Assembly (NCBI GenBank): GCA_951406725.2
Contig: CATOCA020000001.1
Location: forward strand, 10,602,001-10,666,000
Direction of reading: 5' to 3'
Source: Octopus vulgaris
Taxonomy: Eukaryota
Length of the DNA stretch: 64,000 nt
Positions 27,381 through 42,383 of the stretch are shown piece by piece. The translations under genes were made by a program, and so were the position numbers. Under the pieces are notes generated by a model. The model was not told where the DNA came from, made no database searches, and was given only the letters and a program-made list of their open reading frames with translations. Within the stretch, counting starts at the first letter, position 1; every line of letters begins with the position of its first letter.

Positions 27381-27777
27381 AGCGCAGGAGTGGCTGTGTG
27401 GTAAGTAGCTTTCTAACCAGCCACATGGTTCCAGGTTCAGTCCCACTGCGTGGCATCTTGGGCAAGTGTCTTCTGCTATAGCCCCGGGCCTACCAATGCC
27501 TCGTGAGTGGATTTGGTAGACGGAAACTGAGAGAAGCCTGTCGTATATATGTATAGATATATATGTGTGTGTGTGTGTGTATGTGTTTGTCTCCCTAGAA
27601 TTGCTTGACAACCGATGCTGGTGTGTTTACGTCCCCGTCACTTAGCAGTTCGGCAAAAGAGACCGATAGAATAAGTAGTGGGCTTACAAAGAATTAGTCC
27701 CAGGGTCGATTTGCTCGACTAAATGCGGTGCTCCAGCATGGCTGCAGCCAAATGACTGAAACAAGTAGAAGAGTAAA

Positions 27778-27781
<4 letters not shown>
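27381..27781 (+). mobile_element. SINE type A (absent from the paralogous block at 16.9-17.5 kb)
   Basis: Matches the family consensus. Confidence 0.85.
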
Positions 27782-27821
<40 letters not shown>

Positions 27822-28001
27822 CAATAAGGGTCTTTGCCACAAGTTGATTGACCACATACCGAAAAGACCCTTATTTTTATTGTCATAATTATATAATCTT
27901 TTACCGAATATGGTCCTTTTCCTTACCGAAGTGCTACTAGGTGAAATTTGTTGATTTTATTAAATTAATTATATTTCACCCTTTTATCTGTAATGATTAT
28001 T

Positions 28002-28082
<81 letters not shown>

Positions 28083-28186
28083 GTATCTATGTAGGCATCA
28101 ATGCATATATATGCAGGCATATACATCTATATTTATATGAATATATATACAAATGCTGACAAGTGTGTGTGTGTACAGATTTGATA

Positions 28187-28224
<38 letters not shown>

Positions 28225-28374
28225 AGTCGTTTAATGGCTTAGATTAACAATCGACCTTTTGTTTGGCAAAACAAATTTTGTCAAGTCAGGTTTAAAGTCA
28301 GCAGGTGATAAACACTATTCAACAATTACAAAATAAGTGACACACCCAACCATTATACACACACACACCTAACC

Positions 28375-28412
<38 letters not shown>

Positions 28413-28691
28413 ACCATTACACACACACACACATCCAGCTAATACCTTGTTACTAATGTTTAGAGCCCTGCCCAGGAGCTTCACATTCCGCATTCAAATT
28501 CCACCAATGTCAACTTTGACTTTTATGCTTTTAGGGTCGATTAAATAAGGACCAGTTGAATATGGAAGTCAATATAAAAGGAAAGAAAATCTCATCGAAG
28601 TTGCTTCTATGTTTCTTATCAAATGTCCGTACTGTAATTGTTTTCAGAACCTTCTGCAAACAAGCTGCAAACATTTATATATATATATATT

Positions 28692-29248
28692 ATATTAAAT
28701 TAGAGATAAAACCACTATTAGGCAAATCTAACAGTGAAAAACATAAGCCAATACATAAAATTGATTTAAAAATATAAAAGTTAAAATTTAAAAAATTATT
28801 TAAATAATTTAAACTTATAAATTTTAAATATATTTATACAAATACATATATATATATATATATATGTGTGTGTGTATGTATGTATATTTTTATATTTATA
28901 TATTATTTTATTCATTAATTAATTTTATTTTTTTTATTATATAAGTATCAAAATTATTAAAAGTTGTAATACTTTTGATATTTATTATGATAATAAAATA
29001 AATTAATAAATAAATAATTAAATAAATTAATTAATTAATAAATTATTAAATAAAATAATATATAAATATAAAAGATACATACATACACACATTTATATAT
29101 ATATATATATTTGTATATATATATTTAAAATTTATAAGTATAAATTATGTAAATAATTTTTTAAAGTTTAACTTTTATATTTTTAAATTAATTTTATGTT
29201 TTTCACTGTTTGATTTGTCTAATAGTGGTTTTATCTCTAATTTAATAT
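28692..29248. repeat. Second copy of the AT-rich palindrome
   Basis: Paralog of 18343-18886. Confidence 0.9.
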
Positions 29249-30063
29249 GATACAATATAATATATTTATACTATAAAATTGGATTTAATCCTGAATATAA
29301 TTTTTCCCAGTAACTTTGGATTTATTCCCTAATATTATACATATATATATATATATATATATATGACGGGCTTCTTTCAGTTTCCGTTCACCAAATTCAC
29401 TCACAAGAGTTTGATGGCCCAAGGCAACAGTAAACACACTTGCCTAAATAGCCTCACACGCTCTTTCTCTCCTTCTCTCCTTCTCTCACTCTCTCTCTCT
29501 CTCTCTCTCTCCCCTGGTGTGTTTATGTCCGCGTAACTTAGCTGTTCGGCAAAACAGATCGATAGGATAAGTACTCGGCTTACAAAGGATATGTCCCCGG
29601 ATTGATTTGTTTGACTTATGAGAATTGAGAGACGTATGTGGGTGTATATAGAGTTGTTTACTGGGATAGAAGTATAATTTTTTTTTTATAAAAGCGACTT
29701 CAGTTGTTAATGTTAAGTCAAGTGTAACAACACTCTTCGCTTATTGTGGCATAAGTCACACAAACACCTTTTCTTCGATTCGCACACACACAGGCACACC
29801 TGTTTCATACTAACAATTACTACTAGAGACACACTCAATGACTTGTTAGTAATATTTATAACTATTCCTTGGTAATTTACATTCTGGGTTCGAATCCCGT
29901 CACCTTTTATCATTTGAGGGTCGATACAATTCCCTCAAGATTAACTTTGGCGTCGATATAATTAATTAGCAAAAGTTAAAACCTTATAATTGTAGTAAGC
30001 AGAATTATTTGTAGCTCGAGGTGCAACTTGTAGATGATTATTCTATTTATATAAGGACGTAGG

Positions 30064-30310
30064 GTGTAGGCGCGTGGCTTAGTGGTTAGGGTGTCAGCAT
30101 CATGATCGCATGATTGTGGTTTCGATTCCTGGACGGGGCGACGCGTTGGGTTCTTGAGCAAAACACTTCATTTCACGTTGCTCCAGTCCACTCAGCTGGC
30201 AAAAATGAGTAACGCTGCGATGGACTGGCGACCCCTCCAGCTGGGGATCACATACGCCATTGAAACCGGGAAACCGGGCCCATGAGCTTGTCTAGGCTTT
30301 AAAAGGGCGA
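30064..30310 (+). mobile_element. SINE head C + tail 2
   Basis: GGCGCGTGGCTTAGTGG head, TTGAGCAAAACACTT core, tail gtaacgctgcgatggactggcg...gaaaccgggcccatgagc. Confidence 0.8.
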
Positions 30311-30319
30311 ATTTATTTT

Positions 30320-30625
30320 GTGAGGGCGCAATAGCTCTGTGGTTAGGGGAGCGGACTCGCGGTCGGAGGATGGCGGTTTCGATTACCAGACCGTGTGTTG
30401 TGTGTGTTTATTGAGCGAAAACACCTAATGCTCCACGAGGCTCAGGCAGGGTGTGGTGGCGAAGCCCTGTTCTACTCTTTCGCCCCAACTTTCTCTCATA
30501 CTTTCTTCCTGTTTCTTTGGTAACGCTGTGATGGACTGGCGTCCCGTCCAGCTGGGGAACACATATGCCACATAAACCGGGAAACCGGGCCCATGAGCGC
30601 TGACTAGGCTTGAAAAGGGCGCATA
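30320..30625 (+). mobile_element. SINE head B + tail 2
   Basis: Head and body as 3653; tail as 30210-30310. Confidence 0.8.
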
Positions 30626-31061
30626 AAAAGATACGGATAGAGAATGGCACAGAGAGAACGAGTGTGAGTGAAAGAGAGGGAGAGTTTGAGTGAGGGCAAA
30701 ACAATCTCATAAACCCCACTCCAAGGAAGAGAAACTATGAGTTACTTCTACACATCCTCTTGGAGATTATGTGAAGTTAATTTCACATGTGCCCCCGTCC
30801 AACTCCCGCATCTGGAGCCCACTTCTCTCTTGACTTCCATACCTCTGTATCTATTCTTGGCCTTTACTTTGCACGGGTTGCACCCTATAGTATTTCTGTT
30901 TTACTTCCATCAAATCAGTTTCCACCATGGTAACAAGCTCCTATCTTCTTCCTTACTAATTCTTCAGATCCTTTCAACCAAAACAGCTTCGTCATCAACA
31001 TTTATTCTTGTTAGATAGTAACATTATCGTTTTAATATATATTTATATGTCTGGCTGTATA

Positions 31062-31218
31062 GGCGCAGGAGTGGCTGTGGTAGGTAGCTTGTTTACCAAC
31101 CACATGGTTCCGGGTTCAGTCCCACTGCGTGCCACCTTGGGCAAGTGTTATCTACTATAGCCTCGGGCCGACCAAAGCATTGTGAGTGGATTTGGTAGAC
31201 GGAAACTGAAAGAAGCTG

Positions 31219-31270
<52 letters not shown>

Positions 31271-31660
31271 CGCAGGAGTGGCTGTGTGGTAAGTAGCTTG
31301 TTTACCAACCACATGGTTCCGGGTTCAGTCCCACTGCGTGGCACCTTGGGCAAGTGTCTTCTACTATAGCCTCGGGCCGACCAAAGCCTTGTGAGTGGAT
31401 TTGGTAGACGGAAACTGAAAGAAGCCCGTCGTATATATGTATATATATATGCGTGTGTGTGTTTGTGTCTGTGTTAGTCCTCCTAGCATTGCTTGACAAC
31501 CGATGCTGGTGTGTTTATGTCCCCGTTACTTAGCGGTTCGGCAAAGAGACCGATAGAATAAGTACAGGGCTTACAAAAGAATAAGTCCCGGGGTCGAGTT
31601 GCTCGATTAAAGGCGGTGCTCCAGCATGGCCGCAGTCAAATGACTGAAACAAGTAAAAGA
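31062..31660 (+). mobile_element. Truncated SINE A (31062-31220) followed by full SINE A (31269-31660)
   Basis: Two GGCGCAGGAGTGGCTGTG heads separated by (TA)n. Confidence 0.85.
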
Positions 31661-31705
31661 AACGAATATATAGATATATGTGTGTGCGTGTACATATATA
31701 CTACT

Positions 31706-32405
31706 ATGGCACTCCGTCGGTTGAGACGAAGAGGTTTCCAGTTGATCCAGTCAACGGAAGACTACTCGTGAAATTCTTTTCTACTCTAGGCAAAAGGTCC
31801 GAAATTTTAGGGGAGTGGGCCATCGATTAGATCTACACCAGTACGAAACTTGTACTTGATTTATGCAGCCCGAAACGATGAAAGGCAAAGTCGACCTCAA
31901 CGGAATTTGAACTCAGAAAGTAAAGACAGACGAAATACCTATTTCTTTACTACCAACAGGGGGCTAAACACAGAGGGGACGAACAAGGACAGGTATTAAC
32001 GGACGAAGTCGATTATATCGACCCCAGTGCGTAACTGGTCCTTATTCAATCGACCCCGAAACGATGAAAGGCAAAGTCAACCTCGGCGGAATTTGAACTC
32101 AGAACGTAGCGACAGACGAAATACTGCTAAGCATTTCGCCAGGCGGGCTAACGTTTCTGCCAGTTCGCCGCCTTAGACTCTTCGTGAAATTAATATGCAA
32201 GTAGCTGAGTACTCCACAGACACATGTACCCTTAACGTAGTTCTCGGTGAGATTCAGCGTGACACATAGTGTGACATGGCTGGCCCCTTTGAAATACAGG
32301 TACAACAGAAACAGGAAGACAGAGTGAGAGAAAGTTGTGGTGAAATAATACAGCAGGGTTCGCCACCAGCCCATGCTGGAGCCTCGAAGAGCTTTAGGTG
32401 TTTTA
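31706..32405 (-). mobile_element. SINE B (tail 1) interrupted by a dimeric SINE D (31776-32181)
   Basis: TSD tcgtgaaatt at 31766-31775 and 32182-32191. Confidence 0.75.
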
Positions 32406-32997
32406 GTTTAATGAACATTTGCGATGAGTTGGAATTCATTTCACATTCCTTGGCAAGAATGACTCACCCTGCGATGGACTGTTGTCCCGTCCATATGCGG
32501 AATATATATGCCAAGGTAGACTGTTCCCATGCGTCTAGGCTGCCAACAGAAGTAACTTTATTTACTATTTATATATGTATATATATGTGTATGTATATGT
32601 GCGTATATATGTATGTATTTGCTTGCTTTTTAAGTCTAGTAGTTATTCTATCGGTACCTTTTGCCGAACCGCAAAGTTACGGGGACGTAAACACAACAGC
32701 ATTGGTTGTGAAGCGATGGTGCGGTGACAAACACAAACACAAACATATATATATATATATACATCCGATGGGCTTCTTTCAGTTTCCATCTACCTAATCT
32801 ACTCACAAGGATTGGGTCAGCCCGTGGCTATAGAATAAGACACTCACCAAAGGTGCCTCGCAGTGAGATTGAACTCAGAACAATGTGGTAGGTAAGCAAG
32901 CTTCTCACCACACAGTCACGTGTCACTTTTCAACTTTCTATATATGAATGTATATATTTGTCTATATAAATATATTGTTATGAGCACACGTACATCG

Positions 32998-33049
<52 letters not shown>

Positions 33050-33091
33050 AAGAGTAATATATATATATATATATATATATATAGTATATAG

Positions 33092-33126
<35 letters not shown>

Positions 33127-33440
33127 CACACATACATACATACACAGATATATACAGAAACACAAACACAACAAAATCGAAGTAGTCGCCCACACGCATG
33201 CACGGGCACACACACACACAAAGCGTCAATTACTGCTATGTCTTGATAACCACATATCCTGTTGGTATTATTTATAGTTATTTGCTGGGAGCCTACATTC
33301 TGGGTTCGAATTCTATTAATGCCAACACTAAATTATCATTTCAGGGTTGACGAAATAACAACTATGAAACTACATATATATATATAAGTATGTATGAAAG
33401 TATATATTCATCCACTCTCACTAAAGAGGGTGGGTAAATG

Positions 33441-33526
<86 letters not shown>

Positions 33527-33646
33527 TATATACATACATATATACATACATATATATATATATATACACACATATATACTTGCATGTATATAAATATATA
33601 TATACATACACATATACATACATATATATATATATACACACACACG

Positions 33647-33689
<43 letters not shown>

Positions 33690-34319
33690 GTAAATATATA
33701 GATATATATATACACACATATATACATGTATATATATATATACACACACATATATATATATACATATATATATATATACATATATATATATAGATAATAT
33801 ATATATATATATTGTTAAAATCATCATAACATATTTCTAAGGTGTTGTTGTGCTGCTATTTCTAGCATTTAAATTGTCTTCCACAATGTCCTTCTTTAGT
33901 GGGAGAGAGTCAGACAGAGAGTGAGAAAGAGTCAAAAAGAGAGTGAGAATGAACATTGAACAGCTTGATAGAGAGGGGGATTAGATAAACTAGATTGTCT
34001 ACCTGTTTTATTCTCTCCCTCACTCTAAGTCTAATTATATATGTATCTATTTCTCCCTCTGCCTTTCATTCTATCTATTTCACCCTCTCTTGATCTCTTA
34101 TTCTATTTCTCTTCCCTCTCTCTCTCTCTATCATTCTCACCCACGCATTTTCTTGTCGCTTTCCATAAAATTTTAAACATGGAGAGTAGACAAAAATTTA
34201 GATTTCAATACATATGGCTTCTATTCGTCTGAATTGTTCAAACACGCCCCAGCTGGAACATGTTATATACATATAACACATATAATTATACACAACTCAT
34301 GTATATATATATACTCTCT

Positions 34320-34733
34320 TTACTCTTTACTCTTTTACTTGTTTCAGTCATTTGACTCCGTCCATGCCGGAGCACCACCTTTAGTCGAGCAAATCGACCC
34401 CGGGACTTATTCTTTGTAAGCCCAGTACTTATTCAATCGGTCTCTTTTGCCGAACCGCTAAGTTACGGGGACATAAACACACCAGCATCGGTTGTCAAGC
34501 AATTTTAGGGAGACAAACACAGACACACAAACACATACACACACATACATATATACATATATACATATATACGACAGGCTTCTTTCAGTTTCCGTCTACC
34601 AAGTCCACTCACAAGGCATTGGTCGGCCCGGGGCTATAGCAGAAGACACTTGCCCAAGATGCCACGCAGTGGACTGAACCCGGAACCATGTGGTTGGTTA
34701 ACAAGCTACTTAACACAGAGCCACTCCTGCGCC
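34320..34733 (-). mobile_element. SINE type A (unit 1 only)
   Basis: Family consensus; the region is replaced by other sequence in units 2-4. Confidence 0.85.
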
Positions 34734-34746
34734 TATATATATATAT

Positions 34747-35519
<773 letters not shown>

Positions 35520-35529
35520 GTATATACAC

Positions 35530-35602
<73 letters not shown>

Positions 35603-36193
35603 CATACATACATATATATATATAATGGAAATTTATTAAATAATTGTGAAATAGTCATAAAGATATTTACAAAAATTTATTAAGTAAGCACTTGTTGATA
35701 GTGTCTGTCGAAATATTAGCAACGTAGATGAGATCAGATCAAAGATCAATACCGGAGGTTTTATTGTACAAATTCTGTGTCATTGATTCTTTTACTAGTT
35801 TTCATAAATCTACCTTTCTTTAGAGAATCAATTTATTTTTCATATAAAGAGCCCCCCACCCTAGCTGGGGTATGATCCACAGATTTGTAGCTCAAGATGT
35901 AAGCAGAGGAATATAGCTAACCTAGAGACACAACACGATGACTGTTGTTAGGTTTATTAGTGTCAAGAAGAACATTCAGCTATAAATAATACTTTTACAA
36001 TGTGTTTATATATTTTGGTAGTTCTGACTTTATGAATTCCTCCTAGCGTGTGGCATTTATGTATAGTAATGCCCTCTATATAATATAAAAAAATACATTT
36101 AAATGAAAAAAATGGTGGATTTTTCTCTTATGACGCTTTTCACGCTAACTACTTGATAAATCCTTATAAAGATTTTATACTATCTCTAAATTG

Positions 36194-36243
<50 letters not shown>

Positions 36244-36409
36244 CCGGAGTAAACACATAAATGTGAAACAAGGTGGAAAAAAAGAGTACTCAAATACCAG
36301 TGGTAGAGTAATATGCTTTATAAAGTATATATATATATATATAGATAGATAGATAGATAGCTAGATGTATAGATATATGTGTACATATATATATATGTAT
36401 ATATATATA

Positions 36410-36811
36410 CTCTTTACTCTTTTACTCTTTTACTTGTTTCAGTCATTTGAGTGCGGCCATGCTGGAGCAACGCCTTTAGTCGAGCAAATCGACCCCGGGA
36501 CTTAATCTTTGTAAGCCCAATACTTATTCTATCGGTCTGTTTTTCCAAACCGCTAAGTGACGGGGACGTAAACACACCAGAATCGGTTGTAAAGCAATGC
36601 TAGGGGGACAAACACAGACACACAAACATATACACACACACTTATACATATATACATATATACGACAGGCTTCTTTCAGTTTCCGTCTACGAAATCCACT
36701 CACAAGGCATTGGTCGGCCCGAGGCTATAGCAGAAGACACTTGCCCAAGATGCCACGCAGTGTGACTGAACCCGGAACCATGTAGTTTGTTAGCAAGCTA
36801 CTTACCACACA

Positions 36812-36814
<3 letters not shown>
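36410..36814 (-). mobile_element. SINE type A (copies at ~45055, ~53657, ~59777)
   Basis: Family consensus. Confidence 0.85.
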
Positions 36815-36886
<72 letters not shown>

Positions 36887-36900
36887 TATAGATATATAAG

Positions 36901-36934
<34 letters not shown>

Positions 36935-36937
36935 TAT

Positions 36938-36995
<58 letters not shown>

Positions 36996-37001
36996 GTATA
37001 G

Positions 37002-37063
<62 letters not shown>

Positions 37064-37191
37064 AATTGAGGGTAAAATTATCTGAGAGAAATTTTCTTTA
37101 AGTAGTGGAAATGGCAAAAAAACTTTTTTTGGGCTGCTATTTCTAGCAAGTTCAGTATGTGGCAAAGTAATTTATTTTACTAAGCCCTAAT

Positions 37192-37251
<60 letters not shown>

Positions 37252-37463
37252 GTCTCTCTCTACTCGCTAACACTCACGCTACAATATACACACATATACC
37301 TTTAATCAAACATACATTCACCCTACATGTATGTATGTATGTATGTATGTATGAATGTATGTATGTATCTATGAATGAATGTATGCATGTATGCATGTAT
37401 GTATGTATGTATGCATATTTATATATATATGTATTTATGTATGCACATTAATATACACATGTA

Positions 37464-38125
<662 letters not shown>

Positions 38126-38559
38126 TTATCGACTGGTCCCCTCCCCGAAAATTTTCGGGCCTTGTGTATGTATGTATGCGTGTATGTATGTATTACTATG
38201 TATGTATGATCTATGTATATATGTTTCTGTGTGTGTATGTAAGATGCATGTATATATGTTTCTTATTGTGTATACATGCAATTATGTATATTTACTATGT
38301 ATGTATATGATTTGTATAAATGAAGAAAGTGAGAGAGGGCGGAAGAGAAGGAGAGAGACAGGAAAGATGAAAACTAAAAAATAGGACTTCTTGGGAGTGA
38401 TATATAAAATATTTATATATGTAAATAGAAAGAAACAAAACACTGATGAACATCCAAGTATATATATTTATGTATGTGTGTGTGTGTGTGTGAATGTATC
38501 TACGTATATACGTATGTAAATATATATATATTTATGTACATATATATGTATATATGTGT

Positions 38560-38636
<77 letters not shown>

Positions 38637-38652
38637 GTACATATATATATAT

Positions 38653-38695
<43 letters not shown>

Positions 38696-38733
38696 CATAC
38701 ATACGTACATATATATATAAATATATATATATT

Positions 38734-38788
<55 letters not shown>

Positions 38789-39157
38789 TGTTATGCAAGA
38801 GATGAATATATATATATATATATAAGAGAGAGAGAGAGGGAGAGATAGAGAGAAAGAGAGAGTATGTCCCGAATTTAAGGCAATTGGGCTTAAATGACAA
38901 TATATAAATGTGATAAGTTGTGAAAATCATACAACATTATAAAAGTTTTGTGTCCCTTCCTTTTCTTTCAAACTAAAGAAATAAAGTTTTATTTATTAAG
39001 TAATGGCTACAGAACGAAATACAATCGTAAGCCACAGTAATACACAGGCACACACACATACATGAATATATATTTGTAAATAAATATATCCCTACATATA
39101 TGCATACATACATTCATAAATGGTTGCACACACCTAAACACTTGCACACAAATATAC

Positions 39158-39954
39158 TCTTTTACTCTTTTACTTGTTTCAGTCAGTTGACTGCGGCCAT
39201 GCTGGAGCACCGCCTTTAGTCGAGCAAATCGACCCCGGGACTTATTCTTTTTGTAAGCGCGGTACTTATTCTATCGGTCTCTTTTTGCCGAACCGCTAAG
39301 TGACGGGGACGGAATCACACCAGCATCGGTTGTCAAGCAATGCTAGGGGAACAAACACAGACACACACACACATACAATATATATATATATATATATACG
39401 ACAGGCTTCTTTCAGTTTCCGTCTACCAAATCCACTCACAAGGCCTTTGTCGGCCCGGGGCTATAGCAGAAGACACTTGCCCAAGATGCCACGCAGTGGG
39501 ACTGAACCCGGAACCATGTGGTTGGTTAGCAAGCTACTTACCACACAGCCACTCCTGCGCCTATATATGCATATATATATACTCTTTTACTGTTTTACTT
39601 GTTTCAGTCATTTGACTGCGGCCATGCTGGAGCACCGTCTTTAGTCGAGCAAATCGACCCCGGAACTTATTCTTTGTAAGCCCAGTACTTATTCTATCGG
39701 TCTCTTTTGCTAAACCGCTAAGTGACGGGGACGTGAACACACCAGCATCGGTTGTGAAGCAATGCTAGAGGGACGAACACAGATACACAAACATATATAT
39801 ATATATTTCAGTTTCCGTCAACCAAATCCACTCACAAGGCTTTGTTCGGCCCGAGGCTATAGTAAAGATACTTGCCCAAGATGCTACGCAGTGGGACTGA
39901 ACCCGGAACTATGTGGTTGGTAAGCAAGCTACTTACCACACAGCCACTCCTGCG

Positions 39955-39956
<2 letters not shown>
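39158..39956 (-). mobile_element. Two tandem SINE type A copies (also ~47735-48531)
   Basis: Family consensus, twice. Confidence 0.85.
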
Positions 39957-39994
<38 letters not shown>

Positions 39995-40016
39995 ATGTTA
40001 CATTACTCGGTAGTCA

Positions 40017-40079
40017 AGATAAAACTCTGAGTTTCAGATGCCGAAGTGGAAATCCACAACACCATCTCTTCGGTTATCT
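40017..40079 (-). ncRNA. Minimal type I hammerhead-like ribozyme in the PLE 3' pLTR
   Basis: Minus strand AGATAA CCGAAGA GATG..23 nt..CATC T GAAA CTC-A-GAG T T TTATCT: stem I AGATAA/TTATCT, core C(C)GANGA, stem II GATG/CATC, palindromic stem III, UH = UU. Confidence 0.55.
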
Positions 40080-40273
40080 GGCTATTTGAAAACGTTATGA
40101 AAAAATACCGTTAAAAATGAAGGGAAATTACTCTGTTATAACTCTGCTTTGCCTGCGTACTTATACATCGCTCGCATTTTTCGTCATAAAAATTATATAA
40201 AAATACATAAAAATATATAAAAATATATAAAAATATATAAAATCTTCTTGGGACATAACACAGAAAGCATGTT

Positions 40274-41731
40274 CTATCCGTTTTCTTTAGGGGACCAAAA
40301 ACGTAACAGAAATTTAGTCACATGTGGGCATGATCCGAAAAGCTCTGTCCTTGTATTTAGACATGTGGTAGGGTCTAAGCTGCTTTTCCAGATAAGCCAT
40401 CTCTCCATGTCGCATAAACCGCACCTTCCGCTGCCGTTAGTATAGGGCTTACATCTGGCCAAAATCTTCCATTGTATGTTATAATCGACACCTTTATCTC
40501 TTAAAGACCAAATATGATTGGATAATTGTGTCGCTTTTCTTTTGTTCCAGTGCCTAAAGCTCAAAGTGTGGTTATTGAACCTGGCCTTGAAATTACCCTC
40601 TGTCAGGCCCACGTATTTCTTCGTCGAAACGGTGTCTTTAGTGGTTATAGAGTTTACGGTTGCTTCATATATGATGGTCTTGGACATGCAAGCTCCATTT
40701 AGCGGGCACAATTCTTTATTCCTGCATGAACAGCTGTTTTCTTCTTGTGTTTTTTGTATGTTATGATTGATTATGTTTTTAAAATTGGTAGTTGAACTAA
40801 AACTAATTTTTAAATTGTGTCTATTGAAGAGTTTCCTATAAGCATGGTTAACTGGAAAATGTCTATCTATCAGTGCTAGGAAATATTTACCTATATTGAA
40901 GGCCACCTCGGGTGAGTAAGGGGGCGTAAACCAGATGACCTTCCTATTTCTATTATTCCTTTTCCTTATTGTTGGGCTGGTGATAGGTGTATATTTTATT
41001 TTTTCGCTAAAACCACTATCTTTTAAAGCTTTATTATAAACTGGGGCAACGCTATTGAAGATGTCCTCATTAGATGAGAGGCTAGAAATCCTCTTACTAA
41101 TATTTTTAACTAAATTTTTGAATACTATAGGGGGATGGCATGAACCTACATTAATATAACTTAGTCTATCATTGGGCTTCCTATAAGGCTTATAAATATT
41201 ATTATTAAGATCTAAGGAAACGTCTAAGAAATTGACAACCGTCAGGTTAGTGTCTATAGTTATACTAAGTCCGAAGTGTTTCATTAACTGGATAATATCC
41301 TTCCTAAAACGATCTTGTGCTGGTCCATTTGTATTAGCTGTTAAGGCGAGGGCATCATCTTTGTAGATGGCAAAATGTACGTTAGGGAATGTCTTACTGA
41401 AGGTATCTAGGAGAAAGAGTCCAATTAGATCACAGATGCCTGCCCCATCATATGAACCCATGCTCACATCGAAAGCGCCCTCCGTGTCGGTGTTTTTTAC
41501 CCACTTTGCATTCTCACTGAAAAGTAATGTCTTTCTAGCATGGAAGATTATATCCTTATCATTGGTACTAATTTCTATGAAATCACTAGCGAAGATTAGG
41601 GCTTTATCTAGCAGTTCTTTAGAGATAGAGGCATAAAAATCAACAATATCGAATTGTGTAAACCTCGCTTTTTTCTTATTCTTAATAGCTTTAAACCAGT
41701 CTACGACTTCTATACTATTGGACCATTGCAC
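40274..41731 (-). CDS. Penelope-like reverse transcriptase + GIY-YIG endonuclease (N-truncated; frame stays open upstream to ~41875)
   Basis: FDIVDFY, MGSYDGA, YKDD, FLDVSL; CSCR...CPL..C; IIYEATV...YVGLTE..FKARFNNH. Upstream in frame: FITIKDHKENF..PKCRLINPAKSELG. Confidence 0.9.
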   Translation of the reverse strand: MQWSNSIEVVDWFKAIKNKKKARFTQFDIVDFYASISKELLDKALIFASDFIEISTNDKDIIFHARKTLLFSENAKWVKNTDTEGAFDVSMGSYDGAGICDLIGLFLLDTFSKTFPNVHFAIYKDDALALTANTNGPAQDRFRKDIIQLMKHFGLSITIDTNLTVVNFLDVSLDLNNNIYKPYRKPNDRLSYINVGSCHPPIVFKNLVKNISKRISSLSSNEDIFNSVAPVYNKALKDSGFSEKIKYTPITSPTIRKRNNRNRKVIWFTPPYSPEVAFNIGKYFLALIDRHFPVNHAYRKLFNRHNLKISFSSTTNFKNIINHNIQKTQEENSCSCRNKELCPLNGACMSKTIIYEATVNSITTKDTVSTKKYVGLTEGNFKARFNNHTLSFRHWNKRKATQLSNHIWSLRDKGVDYNIQWKILARCKPYTNGSGRCGLCDMERWLIWKSSLDPTTCLNTRTELFGSCPHVTKFLLRFWSPKENG

Positions 41732-42295
41732 TAGCCTAGTATCGGTCTTAATTTTCGTATTTATTTTATCTAAAATTTCTTTGCTAATAATCCCTAGTTC
41801 TGACTTGGCTGGGTTGATAAGCCTACATTTAGGATTGGAAAGGAAGTTTTCTTTGTGGTCTTTAATAGTAATAAAGATTTTATATATTTTTATATATTTT
41901 TATATATTTTTATATATGTATATATATATGTATGTATATGTGCGTATATATGTATGTATTTGCTTGCTTTTTAAGTCTAGTAGTTATTCTATCGGGAGCT
42001 TTTGCCGAACCGCAAAGTTACGGGGACCTAAACACAACAGCATTGGTTGTGAAGCGATAGTGCGTTGTTAAACGCTAGCACAAACACATATATATACATC
42101 CGATGGGCTTCTTTCGGTCAGCCCGTGGCTATAGAATAAGACACTCGCCAAAGGTGCCACGCAGTGAGATTGAACTCAGAACAATATGGTAGGTAAGCAA
42201 GCTTCTCACCACACAGCCACGTGTCACTTTTCAGCTTTCTATATATGAATGTATATATTTGTATATATATATATATTATGAGCACAATTACATCG

Positions 42296-42383
<88 letters not shown>

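Larger units (their letters stand above)
39991..41915 (-). mobile_element. Penelope-like retroelement, 5'-truncated, with partial inverted pLTR (unit 1)
   Basis: RT + GIY-YIG ORF. 3' region abuts (TA)n. Inverted (aaaaatatat)n-aaaatctt at 40200-40246 and 41875-41915. Confidence 0.9.

Noticed and set aside
28648-29633. Possible 45-nt exon (EPSANKLQTF/MRIER) split by palindrome and SINE insertion
   Set aside because: The paralog at 19250-19345 has different sequence before the GTATGT, so the second half is more likely deletion filler.
30737-31018. 93-aa ORF and an acceptor-like site at ~30968
   Set aside because: No recognisable motif or donor; could be an old LINE remnant but cannot be supported.
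39300-39644. Recurrent ORFs RQASFSFRLPNPLTR / DRLLSVSVYQIHSQ
   Set aside because: Antisense reading frames of SINE A.
40518-42071. Plus-strand ORFs overlapping the Penelope ORF
   Set aside because: Antisense shadows of the RT-EN frame with no motifs.
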